DNA from: the human T2T-CHM13v2.0 reference genome, Homo sapiens | NCBI RefSeq assembly: GCF_009914755.1 | Contig: NC_060946.1 | Strand: one strand, 5' to 3' | Length of the DNA stretch: 64,000 bases | In this document: positions 39,901 through 54,400 of the stretch, in pieces | How positions within the stretch are numbered: position 1 is the stretch's first letter | Layout: each line of letters begins with the position of its first letter | Made by a program: the position numbers and the translations under genes | The notes under the pieces: model-generated | What the model was told of the DNA's origin: nothing | What the model saw: the letters and a program-made list of their open reading frames with translations, nothing else | Database searches by the model: none

Positions 39901-42900
39901 CTAAGCTCTGCCTAAAGGGGCATTGTGACAGATCTCTGCACTGATCACTCAGGTGATGTAAGTATTGTCTAGGCTCTGCTTCAAGGGGCCTTGTCACATA
40001 TCTCTGCACTGATCACCCAGGTGATGTAACTCTTGTCTAGGCTCTGCTTCCAGGGCATATTGTGACATATCTATGCACTGATCACCTTAGTGATGTAACA
40101 CTTTGGTAGGCTCGGCTTACACGGGAATCTTGACATATATCTGCACTGTTAACCGAGGTGATTTAACTCTTGTCTAGGCTGTGCCCACAGGGGGATTGAG
40201 ACATATCTCTGCACTGATCCCGAGGTGATACAACTCTTGCCTGGTCTCTGCCTACTGTGGACATTGTGACATATCTCTGCACTGATCTCCCAGGTGCTGT
40301 AACTTTAGTCTAGGCTCTGGCTACACGGCATTGTGACATATCACTGCACTGATCACCCAGGCGATATAACTCTTCTCTAGGATCTAACCACAGGGTGCTT
40401 TGTGACATATCCCTGCAATGATCACCCAGGTGATATACCACTTGCCAAGGCTCTGCCTACAGGGGCATTGCAATGTATCTCTGCACTGATCACCTAGGTC
40501 TTGTAGCTATTTTCTAGGATCTGCCTACAGGGTGCTTTGTGACGTGTCCCAGCAAGGATTACCCAGGTGATGTACCTCTCATCAAGGCTCTGCCTACAGG
40601 CACATTGTGATGTATCTCTGCACTGATCACCTAGGTCATGTAAATTTTGTCTAGGCTCTACCTACGATGGCATTGTGACATATCTCTGCACTAATCATCC
40701 AAGTGATGTAACTCTTGTCTAGGATGTGCCTAAAATAACTTTTTGACATAACCCTGTACTGATCATCCAGGTGATGGAGCTTTTGTCTAGGCTCTGCCTA
40801 AGGGGGCATTGTGACATATTTCTGCATTGATCACCCAGGTGGCGAACTCTTCTCTCGGATCTGCCTATGGGGGCATTGTGAGAAATCTCTGCACTGATAA
40901 CCCAGGTGATGTAACAGTTGTGTAAGCTCTGCCTACAGGGGAATTGTGAGAGATCTCGTCACTGATTACCCAAGTGATGTAACCGTTGTCTAGGCTTTGC
41001 ATACAGGGGGCTTTGTGACATACCTTTGCACTGATCACCCAGGTGATGTAACACATCTAAGTTCGGCCTAAAGGAGCTTTGTGACATATCTCTGTACTGA
41101 TCACTTAGGTGATATAACACTTTTATAATCACTTCCTACAGGGAATTTTGACAAATCTCTGCTCTGATCACCTAGGTGATGTAACACTTGTCTCCCCTCT
41201 GTCCAACGGGGCATTGTGAAATATCTCTGCACTGTTCACCCAAGTGATTCAACTCTTGACTAGGAACTGCCTACAGAGGTTATTGTGAAATATCTCTGCA
41301 CTGATAAACTAGGTGGTGTAACCCTTGTCCAAGCTCTGCCTACAGGGGCGTTTCCACATATCCCTGAACTGATGACAGAGGTGATGTAACTCTTGCCTAG
41401 GCTTTGCCTACAGGGAACATTGGACATATATCTGCACTGATCACCCAGGTGATGCAACTCTTGCCTAGGCTTTGCCTACAGGGGACATTGTGACATATCT
41501 CTTCAATGATCACTCATGTGATGCATCTCTTGCCTAGGCTTTGCCTACAGGGATATTGTGACATATCTCTGCACTGATCTCCCAGGTGCTGTAACTTTAG
41601 TCTAGGCTCTGGCTACACGGCATTGTGACATATCAGTGCACTAATCAACCAGGTGATATAACTCTTGTATAGGTTCTGCGTACAGGGGGATTGTGACCTA
41701 CCTCTGCACTGATCACCCAGGTGATATAACTCTTCTCTAGGATCTTCCTACAGGGTACTTTGTGACATATCCCTGCACTGATCACCCAGGTGATCTATCT
41801 CTGGTCTAAGCTCTGCCTAAAGGGGCATTGTGACAGATCTCTGCAATGATCACTCTGGTGATGTAAGTATTTTCTAGGCTCTGCTTCAAGGGGCCTTGTC
41901 ACATATCTCTGCACTGATCACCCAGGTGATGTAACTCTTGTCTAGGCTCTGCTTCCAGGGCATATTGTGTCATATCTATGCACTGATCACCTTAGTGATG
42001 TAACATTTTGGTAGGCTCGGCCTACAGGGGAATCTTGACATATCTCTGCACTGTTAACCGAGGTGATTTAACTCTTCTCTAGGCTGTGCCCACAGGGGGA
42101 TTGAGACATATCTCTGCCCTGAACCCGAGGTGATACAACTCTTGCCTGGTCTCTGCCTACTGTGGACATTGTGACATATCTCTGCACTGATCTCCCAGGT
42201 GCTGTAACTTTAGTCTAGGCTCTGGCTACACGGCATTGTGACATATCACTGCACTGCTCACCCAGGCGATATAACACTTCTCCAGGATCTGACCACAGGG
42301 TGCTTTGTGACATATCCCTGCAATGATCACCCAGGTGATATACCACTTGCCAAGGCTCTGCCTACAGGGGCATTGCAATGTATCTCTGCACTGATCACCT
42401 AGGTCTTGTAGCTATTTTCTAGGATCTGCCTACAGGGTGCTTTGTGACGTGTCCCAGCAAGGATTACCCAGGTGATGTACCTCTCATCAAGGCTCTGCCT
42501 ACAGGCACATTGTGATGTATCTCTGCACTGATCACCTAGGTCATGTAACTATTTTCTAGGCTCTACCTACGATGGCATTGTGACATATCTCTGCACTAAT
42601 CATCCAAGTGATGTAACTCTTGTCTAGGATGTGCCTAAATTAACTTTTTGACATAACCCTGTACTGATCATCCAGGTGATGGAGCTTTTGTCTAGGCTCT
42701 GCCTAAGGGGGCATTGTGACATATTTCTGCATTGATCACCCAGGTGGCGAACTCTTCTCTCGGATCTGCCTATGGGGGCATTGTGAGAAATCTCTGCACT
42801 GATAACCCAGGTGATGTAACTGTTGTGTAACCTCTGCCTACAGGGGAACTGTGAGAGATCTCGTCACTGATTACCCAAGTGATGTAACCGTTGTCTAGGC

Positions 42901-45900
42901 TTTGCATACAGGGGGCTTTGTGACATACCTTTGCACTGATCACCCAGGTGATGTAACACATCTAAGTTCGGCCTAAAGGAGCTTTGTGACATATCTCTGC
43001 AGTGATCACTTAGGTGATGTAACACTTTTATAATCACTGCCTACAGGGAATTTTGACAAATCTCTGCACTGATCACCTAGGTGATGTAACTCTTGTCTAC
43101 CCTCTGTCCAACGGGGCATTGTGAAATATCTCTGCACTGATCACCCAGGTGATTCAACTCTTGACTAGGAACTGCCTACAGAGGTTATTGTGAAATATCT
43201 CTGCACTGATAAACTAGGTGGTGTAACCCTTGTCCAAGCTCTGCCTACTGGGGCGTTTCCACATATCCCTGAACTGATGACCGAGGTGATGTAACTCTTG
43301 CCTAGGCTTTGCCTACAGGGAACATTGGACATATATCTGCACTGATCACCCAGGTGATGCAACTCTTGCCTAGGCTTTGCCTACAGGGGACATTGTGACA
43401 TATCTCTTCAATGATAAATCATGTGATGCATCTCTTGCCTAGGCTTTGCCTACAGGGGACATTGTGACATATCTCTGCACTGATCTCCCAGGTGCTTTAA
43501 CTTTAGTCTAGGCTCTGTCTACACGGCATTGTGACATATCACTGCACTGATCAACCAGGTGATATAACTCTTGTATAGGCTCTGCCTACAGGGGGATTGT
43601 GACCTACCTCTGCACTGATCACCCAGGTGATATAACTCTTCTCTAGGATCTTCCTACAGTGTACTTTGTGACATATCCCTGCACTGATCACCCAGGTGAT
43701 CTATCTCTGGTCTAAGCTCTGCCTAAAGGGGCATTGTGACAGATCTCTGCACTGATCACTCAGGTGATGTAAGTATTGTCTAGGCTCTGCTTCAAGGGGC
43801 CTTGTCACATATCTCTGCACTGATCACCCAGGTGATGTAACTCTTGTCTAGGCTCTGCTTCCAGGGCATATTGTGACATATCTATGCACTGATCACCTTA
43901 GTGATGTAACACTTTGGTAGGCTCGGCTTACACGGGAATCTTGACATATATCTGCACTGTTAACCGAGGTGATTTAACTCTTGTCTAGGCTGTGCCCACA
44001 GGGGGATTGAGACATATCTCTGCACTGATCCCGAGGTGATACAACTCTTGCCTGGTCTCTGCCTACTGTGGACATTGTGACATATCTCTGCACTGATCTC
44101 CCAGGTGCTGTAACTTTAGTCTAGGCTCTGGCTACACGGCATTGTGACATATCACTGCACTGATCACCCAGGCGATATAACTCTTCTCTAGGATCTAACC
44201 ACAGGGTGCTTTGTGACATATCCCTGCAATGATCACCCAGGTGATATACCACTTGCCAAGGCTCTGCCTACAGGGGCATTGCAATGTATCTCTGCACTGA
44301 TCACCTAGGTCTTGTAGCTATTTTCTAGGATCTGCCTACAGGGTGCTTTGTGACGTGTCCCAGCAAGGATTACCCAGGTGATGTACCTCTCATCAAGGCT
44401 CTGCCTACAGGCACATTGTGATGTATCTCTGCACTGATCACCTAGGTCATGTAAATTTTGTCTAGGCTCTACCTACGATGGCATTGTGACATATCTCTGC
44501 ACTAATCATCCAAGTGATGTAACTCTTGTCTAGGATGTGCCTAAAATAACTTTTTGACATAACCCTGTACTGATCATCCAGGTGATGGAGCTTTTGTCTA
44601 GGCTCTGCCTAAGGGGGCATTGTGACATATTTCTGCATTGATCACCCAGGTGGCGAACTCTTCTCTCGGATCTGCCTATGGGGGCATTGTGAGAAATCTC
44701 TGCACTGATAACCCAGGTGATGTAACAGTTGTGTAAGCTCTGCCTACAGGGGAATTGTGAGAGATCTCGTCACTGATTACCCAAGTGATGTAACCGTTGT
44801 CTAGGCTTTGCATACAGGGGGCTTTGTGACATACCTTTGCACTGATCACCCAGGTGATGTAACACATCTAAGTTCGGCCTAAAGGAGCTTTGTGACATAT
44901 CTCTGTACTGATCACTTAGGTGATATAACACTTTTATAATCACTTCCTACAGGGAATTTTGACAAATCTCTGCTCTGATCACCTAGGTGATGTAACACTT
45001 GTCTCCCCTCTGTCCAACGGGGCATTGTGAAATATCTCTGCACTGTTCACCCAAGTGATTCAACTCTTGACTAGGAACTGCCTACAGAGGTTATTGTGAA
45101 ATATCTCTGCACTGATAAACTAGGTGGTGTAACCCTTGTCCAAGCTCTGCCTACAGGGGCGTTTCCACATATCCCTGAACTGATGACAGAGGTGATGTAA
45201 CTCTTGCCTAGGCTTTGCCTACAGGGAACATTGGACATATATCTGCACTGATCACCCAGGTGATGCAACTCTTGCCTAGGCTTTGCCTACAGGGGACATT
45301 GTGACATATCTCTTCAATGATCACTCATGTGATGCATCTCTTGCCTAGGCTTTGCCTACAGGGATATTGTGACATATCTCTGCACTGATCTCCCAGGTGC
45401 TGTAACTTTAGTCTAGGCTCTGGCTACACGGCATTGTGACATATCAGTGCACTAATCAACCAGGTGATATAACTCTTGTATAGGTTCTGCGTACAGGGGG
45501 ATTGTGACCTACCTCTGCACTGATCACCCAGGTGATATAACTCTTCTCTAGGATCTTCCTACAGGGTACTTTGTGACATATCCCTGCACTGATCACCCAG
45601 GTGATCTATCTCTGGTCTAAGCTCTGCCTAAAGGGGCATTGTGACAGATCTCTGCAATGATCACTCTGGTGATGTAAGTATTTTCTAGGCTCTGCTTCAA
45701 GGGGCCTTGTCACATATCTCTGCACTGATCACCCAGGTGATGTAACTCTTGTCTAGGCTCTGCTTCCAGGGCATATTGTGTCATATCTATGCACTGATCA
45801 CCTTAGTGATGTAACATTTTGGTAGGCTCGGCCTACAGGGGAATCTTGACATATCTCTGCACTGTTAACCGAGGTGATTTAACTCTTCTCTAGGCTGTGC

Positions 45901-47980
45901 CCACAGGGGGATTGAGACATATCTCTGCCCTGAACCCGAGGTGATACAACTCTTGCCTGGTCTCTGCCTACTGTGGACATTGTGACATATCTCTGCACTG
46001 ATCTCCCAGGTGCTGTAACTTTAGTCTAGGCTCTGGCTACACGGCATTGTGACATATCACTGCACTGCTCACCCAGGCGATATAACACTTCTCCAGGATC
46101 TGACCACAGGGTGCTTTGTGACATATCCCTGCAATGATCACCCAGGTGATATACCACTTGCCAAGGCTCTGCCTACAGGGGCATTGCAATGTATCTCTGC
46201 ACTGATCACCTAGGTCTTGTAGCTATTTTCTAGGATCTGCCTACAGGGTGCTTTGTGACGTGTCCCAGCAAGGATTACCCAGGTGATGTACCTCTCATCA
46301 AGGCTCTGCCTACAGGCACATTGTGATGTATCTCTGCACTGATCACCTAGGTCATGTAACTATTTTCTAGGCTCTACCTACGATGGCATTGTGACATATC
46401 TCTGCACTAATCATCCAAGTGATGTAACTCTTGTCTAGGATGTGCCTAAATTAACTTTTTGACATAACCCTGTACTGACCATCCAGGTGATGGAGCTTTT
46501 GTCTAGGCTCTGCCTAAGGGGGCATTGTGACATATTTCTGCATTGATCACCCAGGTGGCGAACTCTTCTCTCGGATCTGCCTATGGGGGCATTGTGAGAA
46601 ATCTCTGCACTGATCACCCAGGTGATGTAACTGTTGTGTAACCTCTGCCTACAGGGGAACTGTGAGAGATCTCGTCACTGATTACCCAAGTGATGTAACC
46701 GTTGTCTAGGCTTTGCATACAGGGGGCTTTGTGACATACCTTTGCACTGATCACCCAGGTGATGTAACACATCTAAGTTCGGCCTAAAGGAGCTTTGTGA
46801 CATATCTCTGCAGTGATCACTTAGGTGATGTAACACTTTTATAATCACTGCCTACAGGGAATTTTGACAAATCTCTGCACTGATCACCTAGGTGATGTAA
46901 CTCTTGTCTACCCTCTGTCCAACGGGGCATTGTGAAATATCTCTGCACTGATCACCCAGGTGATTCAACTCTTGACTAGGAACTGCCTACAGAGGTTATT
47001 GTGAAATATCTCTGCACTGATAAACTAGGTGGTGTAACCCTTGTCCAAGCTCTGCCTACTGGGGCGTTTCCACATATCCCTGAACTGATGACCGAGGTGA
47101 TGTAACTCTTGCCTAGGCTTTGCCTACAGGGAACATTGGACATATATCTGCACTGATCACCCAGGTGATGCAACTCTTGCCTAGGCTTTGCCTACAGGGG
47201 ACATTGTGACATATCTCTTCAATGATAAATCATGTGATGCATCTCTTGCCTAGGCTTTGCCTACAGGGGACATTGTGACATATCTCTGCACTGATCTCCC
47301 AGGTGCTTTAACTTTAGTCTAGGCTCTGTCTACACGGCATTGTGACATATCACTGCACTGATCAACCAGGTGATATAACTCTTGTATAGGCTCTGCCTAC
47401 AGGGGGATTGTGACCTACCTCTGCACTGATCACCCAGGTGATATAACTCTTCTCTAGGATCTTCCTACAGTGTACTTTGTGACATATCCCTGCACTGATC
47501 ACCCAGGTGATCTATCTCTGGTCTAAGCTCTGCCTAAAGGGGCATTGTGACAGATCTCTGCACTGATCACTCAGGTGATGTAAGTATTGTCTAGGCTCTG
47601 CTTCAAGGGGCCTTGTCACATATCTCTGCACTGATCACCCAGGTGATGTAACTCTTGTCTAGGCTCTGCTTCCAGGGCATATTGTGACATATCTATGCAC
47701 TGATCACCTTAGTGATGTAACATTTTGGTAGGCTCGGCTTACACGGGAATCTTGACATATATCTGCACTGTTAACCGAGGTGATTTAACTCTTGTCTAGG
47801 CTGTGCCCACAGGGGGATTGAGACATATCTCTGCACTGATCCCGAGGTGATACAACTCTTGCCTGGTCTCTGCCTACTGTGGACATTGTGACATATCTCT
47901 GCACTGATCTCCCAGGTGCTGTAACTTTAGTCTAGGCTCTGGCTACACGGCATTGTGACATATCACTGCACTGATCACCC
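36540..47980. repeat. Super-HOR: three tandem copies of a 3811-bp two-HOR (56-monomer) unit, (AB)3; ends approximate
   Basis: Private variants recur every 3811 bp. A-type: ATCAGTGCACTAATC, GGTTCTGCGT, CCCTGAACCCGAGG. B-type: GATAAATCATG, CTCTGTCTACAC, GGCTTACACGGG. Identical ORFs at 37054/40865/44676 and at 38959/42770. Confidence 0.88.
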
Positions 47981-48449
47981 AGGCGATACGACTCTTCTCT
48001 AGGATCTGACCACAGGGTGCTTTGTTACATATCCCTGCAATGATCACCCAGGTGATATACCACTTGCCAAGGCTCTGCCTACAGGGGCATTGCAATGTAT
48101 CTCTGCACTGATCACCTAGGTCTTGTAGCTATTTTCTAGGATCTGCCTACAGGGTGCTTTGTGACGTGTCCCAGCAAGGATTACCCAGGTGATGTACCTC
48201 TCATCAAGGCTCTGCCTACAGGCACATTGTGATGTATCTCTGCACTGATCACCTAGGAAATGTAACTATTTTCTAGGCTCTACCTACGATGGCATTGTGA
48301 CATATCTCTGCACTAATCATCCAAGTGATGTAACTCTTGTCTAGGATGTGCCTAAATTAACTTTCTGACATAACCCTGTACTGATCATCCAGGTGATGGA
48401 GCTTTTGTCTAGGCTCTGCCTAAGGGGGCATTGTGACATATTTCTGCAT

Positions 48450-51400
48450 TGATCAGCCAGGTGGCGAACCCTTCTCTCGGATCTGCCTATGGGGGCATTG
48501 TGAGAAATCTCTGCACTGATAACCCAGGTGATGTAACTGTTGTGTAACCTCTGCCTACAGGGGAATTTTGAGAGATCTCGTCACTGATTACCTAAGTGAT
48601 GTAACCGTTGTCTAGGCTTTGCATACAGGGGGCTTTGTGACATACATTTGCACTGATCACCCAGGTGATGTAACACATCTAAGTTCGGCCTAAAGGAGCT
48701 TTGTGACATATCTCTGCACTGATCACTTAGGTGATGTAACACTTTTATAATCACTGCCTACAGGGAATTTTGACAAATCTCTACACTGATCACCTAGGTG
48801 ATGTAACTCTTGTCTACCCTCTGTCCAACGGGGCATTGTGAAATATGTCTGCACTGATCACCCAGGTGATTCAACTCTTGACTAGGAACTGCCTACAGAG
48901 GTTATTGTGAAATATCTCTGCACTGATAAAGTAGGTGGTGTAAAACTTGTCCAAGCTCTGCCTACAGGGGCGTTTCCACATATCCCTGAACTGATGACAA
49001 ACGTGATGTAACTCTTGCCTAGGCTTTGCCTACAGGGAACATTGGACATATATCTGCACTGATCACCCAGGTGATGCAACACTTGCCTAGGCTTTGCCTA
49101 CAGGGGACATCGTGATATATCTCTTCAAAGATCACTCATGTGATGCATCTCTTGCCTAGGCTTTGCCTACAGGGGACATTGTGACATATCTCTGCACTGA
49201 TCTCCCAGGTGCTGTAAGTTTAGTCTAGGCTCTGGCTACACGGCATTGTGACATATCACTGCACTGATCAACCGGGTGATATAACTCTTGTATAGGCTCT
49301 GCCTACAGGGGGATTGTGACCTACCACTGCACTGATCACCCAGGTGATATAACTCTTCTCTAGGATCTGCCTACAGGGTACTTTGTGACATATCCCTGCA
49401 CTGATCACCCAGGTGATCTAACTCTGGTCTAAGCTCTGCCTAAAGGGGCATTGTGACAGATCTCTGCACTGATCACTCTGGTGATGAAAGTTTTGTCTAG
49501 GCTCTGCTTCAAGGGGCCTTGTCACATATCTCTGCACTGATCACCCAGGTGATGTAACTCTTGTCTAGGCTCTGCTTCCAGGGCATATTGTGACATATCT
49601 ATGCACTGATCACCTTAGTGATGTAACACTTTGGTAGGCTCGGCCTACAGGGGAATCTTGACATACCTCTGCACTGTTAACCGAGGTGATTTAACTCTTG
49701 TCTAGGCTGTGCCCACAGGGGGATTGAGACATATCTCTGCACTGATCCCGAGGTGATACAATTCTTGCCTGGTCTCTGCCTACTGTGGACATTGGGACAT
49801 ATCGCTGCACTGATCTCCCAGGTGCTGTAACTTTAGTCTAGGCTCTGGCTACACGGCATTGTGACATATCACTGCACTGATCACCCAGGCGATATAACTC
49901 TTCTCTAGGATCTGACCACAGGGTGCTTTGTGACATATCCCTGCAATGATCACCCAGGTGATATACCACTTGCCAAGGCTCTGCCTACAGGGGCATTGCA
50001 ATGTATCTCTGCACTGATCACCTAGGTCTTGTAGCTATTTTCTAGGATCTGCCTACAGGGTGCTTTGTGACGTGTCCCAGCAAGGATTACCCAGGTGATG
50101 TACCTCTCATCAAGGCTCTGCCTACAGGCACATTGTGATGTATCTCTGCACTGATCACCTAGGTCATGTAAATTTTGTCTAGGCTCTACCTACGATGGCA
50201 TTGTGACATATCTCTGCACTAATCATCCAAGTGATGTAACTCTTGTCTAGGATGTGCCTAAATTAACTTTTTGACATAACCCTGTACTGATCATCCAGGT
50301 GATGGAGCTTTTGTCTAGGCTCTGCCTAAGGGGGCATTGTGACATATTTCTGCATTGATCACCCAGGTGGCGAACTCTTCTCTCGGATCTGCCTATGGGG
50401 GCATTGTGAGAAATCTCTGCACTGATAACCCAGGTGATGTAACTGTTGTGTAAGCTCTGCCTACAGGGGAATTGTGAGAGATCTCGTCACTGATTACACA
50501 AGTGATGTAACCGTTGTCTAGGCTTTGCATACAGGGGGCTTTGTGACATACCTTTGCACTGATCACCCAGGTGATGTAACACATCTAAGTTAGGCCTAAA
50601 GGAGCTTTGTGACATATCTCTGTACTGATCACTTAGGTGATGTAACACTTTTATAATCACTTCCTACAGGGAATTTTGACAAATCTCTGCTCTGATCACC
50701 TAGGTGATGTAACACTTGTCTCCCCTCTGTCCAACGGGGCATTGTGAAATATCTCTGCACTGATCACCCAGGTGATTCAACTCTTGACTAGGAACTGCCT
50801 ACAGAGGTTATTGTGAAATATCTCTGCACTGATAAACTAGGTGGTGTAAACCTTGTCCAAGCGCTGCCTACAGGGGTGTGTCCACATATCCCTGAACTGA
50901 TGACAAAGGTGATGTAACTCTGGCCTAGGCTTTGCCTACAGGGTACATTGGACATATATCTGCACTGATCACCCAGGTGATGCAACTCTTGCCTAGGCTT
51001 TGCCTACAGGGGACATTGTGACATATCTCTTCAATGATCACTCATGTGATGCATCTCTTGCCTAGGCTTTGCCTACAGGGGACATTGTGACATATCTCTG
51101 CACTGATCTCCCAGGTGCTGTAACTTTAGTCTAGGCTCTGGCTACACGGCATTGTGACATATCACTGCACTGATCAACCAGGTGATATAACTCTTGTATA
51201 GGCTCTGCCTACAGGGGAATTGTGACCTACCCCTGCACTGATCACCCAGGTGATATAACTCTTCTCTAGGATCTGCCTACAGGGTACTTTGTGACATATC
51301 CCTGCACTGATCACCCAGGTGATCTATCTCTGGTCTAAGCTCTGCCTAAAGGGGCATTGTGACAGATCTCTGCACTGATCACTCAGGTGATGTACGTATT

Positions 51401-54400
51401 GTCTAGGCTCTGCTTAAAGGGGCCTTGTCACATATCTCTGCACTGATCACCCAGGTGATGTTACTCTTGTATAGACTCTGCTTCCAGGGCATATTGTGAC
51501 ATATCTATGCACTGATCACCTTAGTGATGTAACACTTTGGTAGGCTCGGCCTACAGGGGAATCTTGACATATCTCTGCACTGTTAACCGAGGTTTTTTAA
51601 CTCTTGTCTAGGCTGTGCCCACAGGGGGATTGAGACATATCTCTGCACTGATCCCGAGGTGATACAACTCTTGCCTGCTCTCTGCCTACTGTGGACATTG
51701 TGACATATCTCTGCACTGATCTCCCAGGTGCTGTAACTTTAGTCTAGGCTCTGGCTACACGGCATTGTGACATATCACTGCACTGATCACCCAGGCGATA
51801 TAACTGTTCCCTAGGATCTGACCACAGGGTGCTTTGTGACATATCCGTGCAATGATCACCCAGGTGATATACCACTTGCCAAGGCTCTGCCTACAGGGGC
51901 ATTGCAATGTATCTCTGCACTGATCACCTAGGTCTTGTAGCTATTTTCTAGGATCTGCCTACAGGGTGCTTTGTGACGTGTCCCAGCAAGGATTACCCAG
52001 GTGATGTACCTCTCATCAAGGCTCTGCCTACAGGCACATTGTGATGTATCTCTGCACTGATCACCTAGGTCATGTAACTTTTTTCTAGGCTCTACCTACG
52101 ATGGCATTGTGACATATCTCTGCACTAATCATCCAAGTGATGTAACTCTTGTCTAGGATGTGCCTAAATTAACTTTTTGACATAACCCTGTACTGATCAT
52201 CCAGGTGATGGAGCTTTTGTCTAGGCTCTGCCTATGGGGGCATTGTGACATATTTCTGCATTGATCAGCCAGGTGGCGAACCCTTCTCTCGGATCTGCCT
52301 ATGGGGGCATTGTGAGAAATCTCTGCACTGATAACCCAGGTGATGTAACTGTTGTGTAACCTCTGCCTACAGGGGAATTTTGAGAGATCTCGTCACTGAT
52401 TACCTAAGTGATGTAACCGTTGTCTAGGCTTTGCATACAGGGGGCTTTGTGACATACATTTGCACTGATCACCCAGGTGATGTAACACATCTAAGTTCGG
52501 CCTAAAGGAGCTTTGTGACATATCTCTGCACTGATCACTTAGGTGATGTAACACTTTTATAATCACTGCCTACAGGGAATTTTGACAAATCTCTACACTG
52601 ATCACCTAGGTGATGTAACTCTTGTCTACCCTCTGTCCAACGGGGCATTGTGAAATATGTCTGCACTGATCACCCAGGTGATTCAACTCTTGACTAGGAA
52701 CTGCCTACAGAGGTTATTGTGAAATATCTCTGCACTGATAAAGTAGGTGGTGTAAAACTTGTCCAAGCTCTGCCTACAGGGGCGTTTCCACATATCCCAG
52801 AACTGATGACAAACGTGATGTAACTCTTGCCTAGGCTTTGCCTACAGGGAACATTGGACATATATCTGCACTGATCACCCAGGTGATGCAACACTTGCCT
52901 AGGCTTTGCCTACAGGGGACATCGTGATATATCTCTTCAAAGATCACTCATGTGATGCATCTCTTGCCTAGGCTTTGCCTACAGGGGACATTGTGACATA
53001 TCTCTGCACTGATCTCCCAGGTGCTGTAACTTTAGTCTAGGCTCTGGCTACACGGCATTGTGACATATCACTGCACTGATCAACCAGGTGATATAACTCT
53101 TGTATAGGCTCTGCCTACAGGGGGATTGTGACCTACCACTGCACTGATCACCCAGGTGATATAACTCTTCTCTAGGATCTGCCTACAGGGTACTTTGTGA
53201 CATATCCCTGCACTGATCACCCAGGTGATCTAACTCTGGTCTAAGCTCTGCCTAAAGGGGCATTGTGACAGATCTCTGCACTGATCACTCTGGTGATGAA
53301 AGTTTTGTCTAGGCTCTGCTTCAAGGGGCCTTGTCACATATCTCTGCACTGATCACCCAGGTGATGTAACTCTTGTCTAGGCTCTGCTTCCAGGGCATAT
53401 TGTGACATATCTATGCACTGATCACCTTAGTGATGTAACACTTTGGTAGGCTCGGCCTACAGGGGAATCTTGACATACCTCTGCACTGTTAACCGCGGTG
53501 ATTTTACTCTTGTCTAGGCTGTGCCCACAGGGGGATTGAGACATATCTCTGCACTGATCCCGAGGTGATACAATTCTTGCCTGGTCTCTGCCTACTGTGG
53601 ACATTGGGACATATCGCTGCACTGATCTCCCAAGTGCTGTAACTTTAGTCTAGGCTCTGGCTACACGGCATTGTGACATATCACTGCACTGATCACCCAG
53701 GCGATATAACTCTTCTGTAGGATCTGACCACAGGGTGCTTTGTGACATATCCCTGCAATGATCAGCCAGGTGATATACCACTTGCCAAGGCTCTGCCTGC
53801 AGGGGCATTGCAATGTATCTCTGCACTGATCACCTAGGTCTTGTAGCTATTTTCTAGGATCTGCCTACAGGGTGCTTTGTGACGTGTCCCAGCAAGGATT
53901 ACCCAGGTGATGTAACTCTCATCAAGGCTCTGCCTACAGGCACATTGTGATGTATCTCTGCACTGATCACCTAGGTCATGTAAATTTTGTCTAGGCTCTA
54001 CCTACGATGGCATTGTGACATATCTCTGCACTAATCATCCAAGTGATGTAACTCTTGTCTAGGATGTGCCTAAATTAACTTTTTGACATAACCCTGTACT
54101 GATCATCCAGGTGATGGAGCTTTTGTCTAGGCTCTGCCTAAGGGGGCATTGTGACATATTTCTGCATTGATCACCCAGGTGGCGAACTCTTCTCTCGGAT
54201 CTGCCTATGGGGGCATTGTGAGAAATCTCTGCACTGATAACCCAGGTGATGTAACTGTTGTGTAAGCTCTGCCTACAGGGGAATTGTGAGAGATCTCGTC
54301 ACTGATTACACAAGTGATGTAACCGTTGTCTAGGCTTTGCATACAGGGGGCTTTGTGACATACCTTTGCACTGATCACCCAGGTGATGTAACACATCTAA

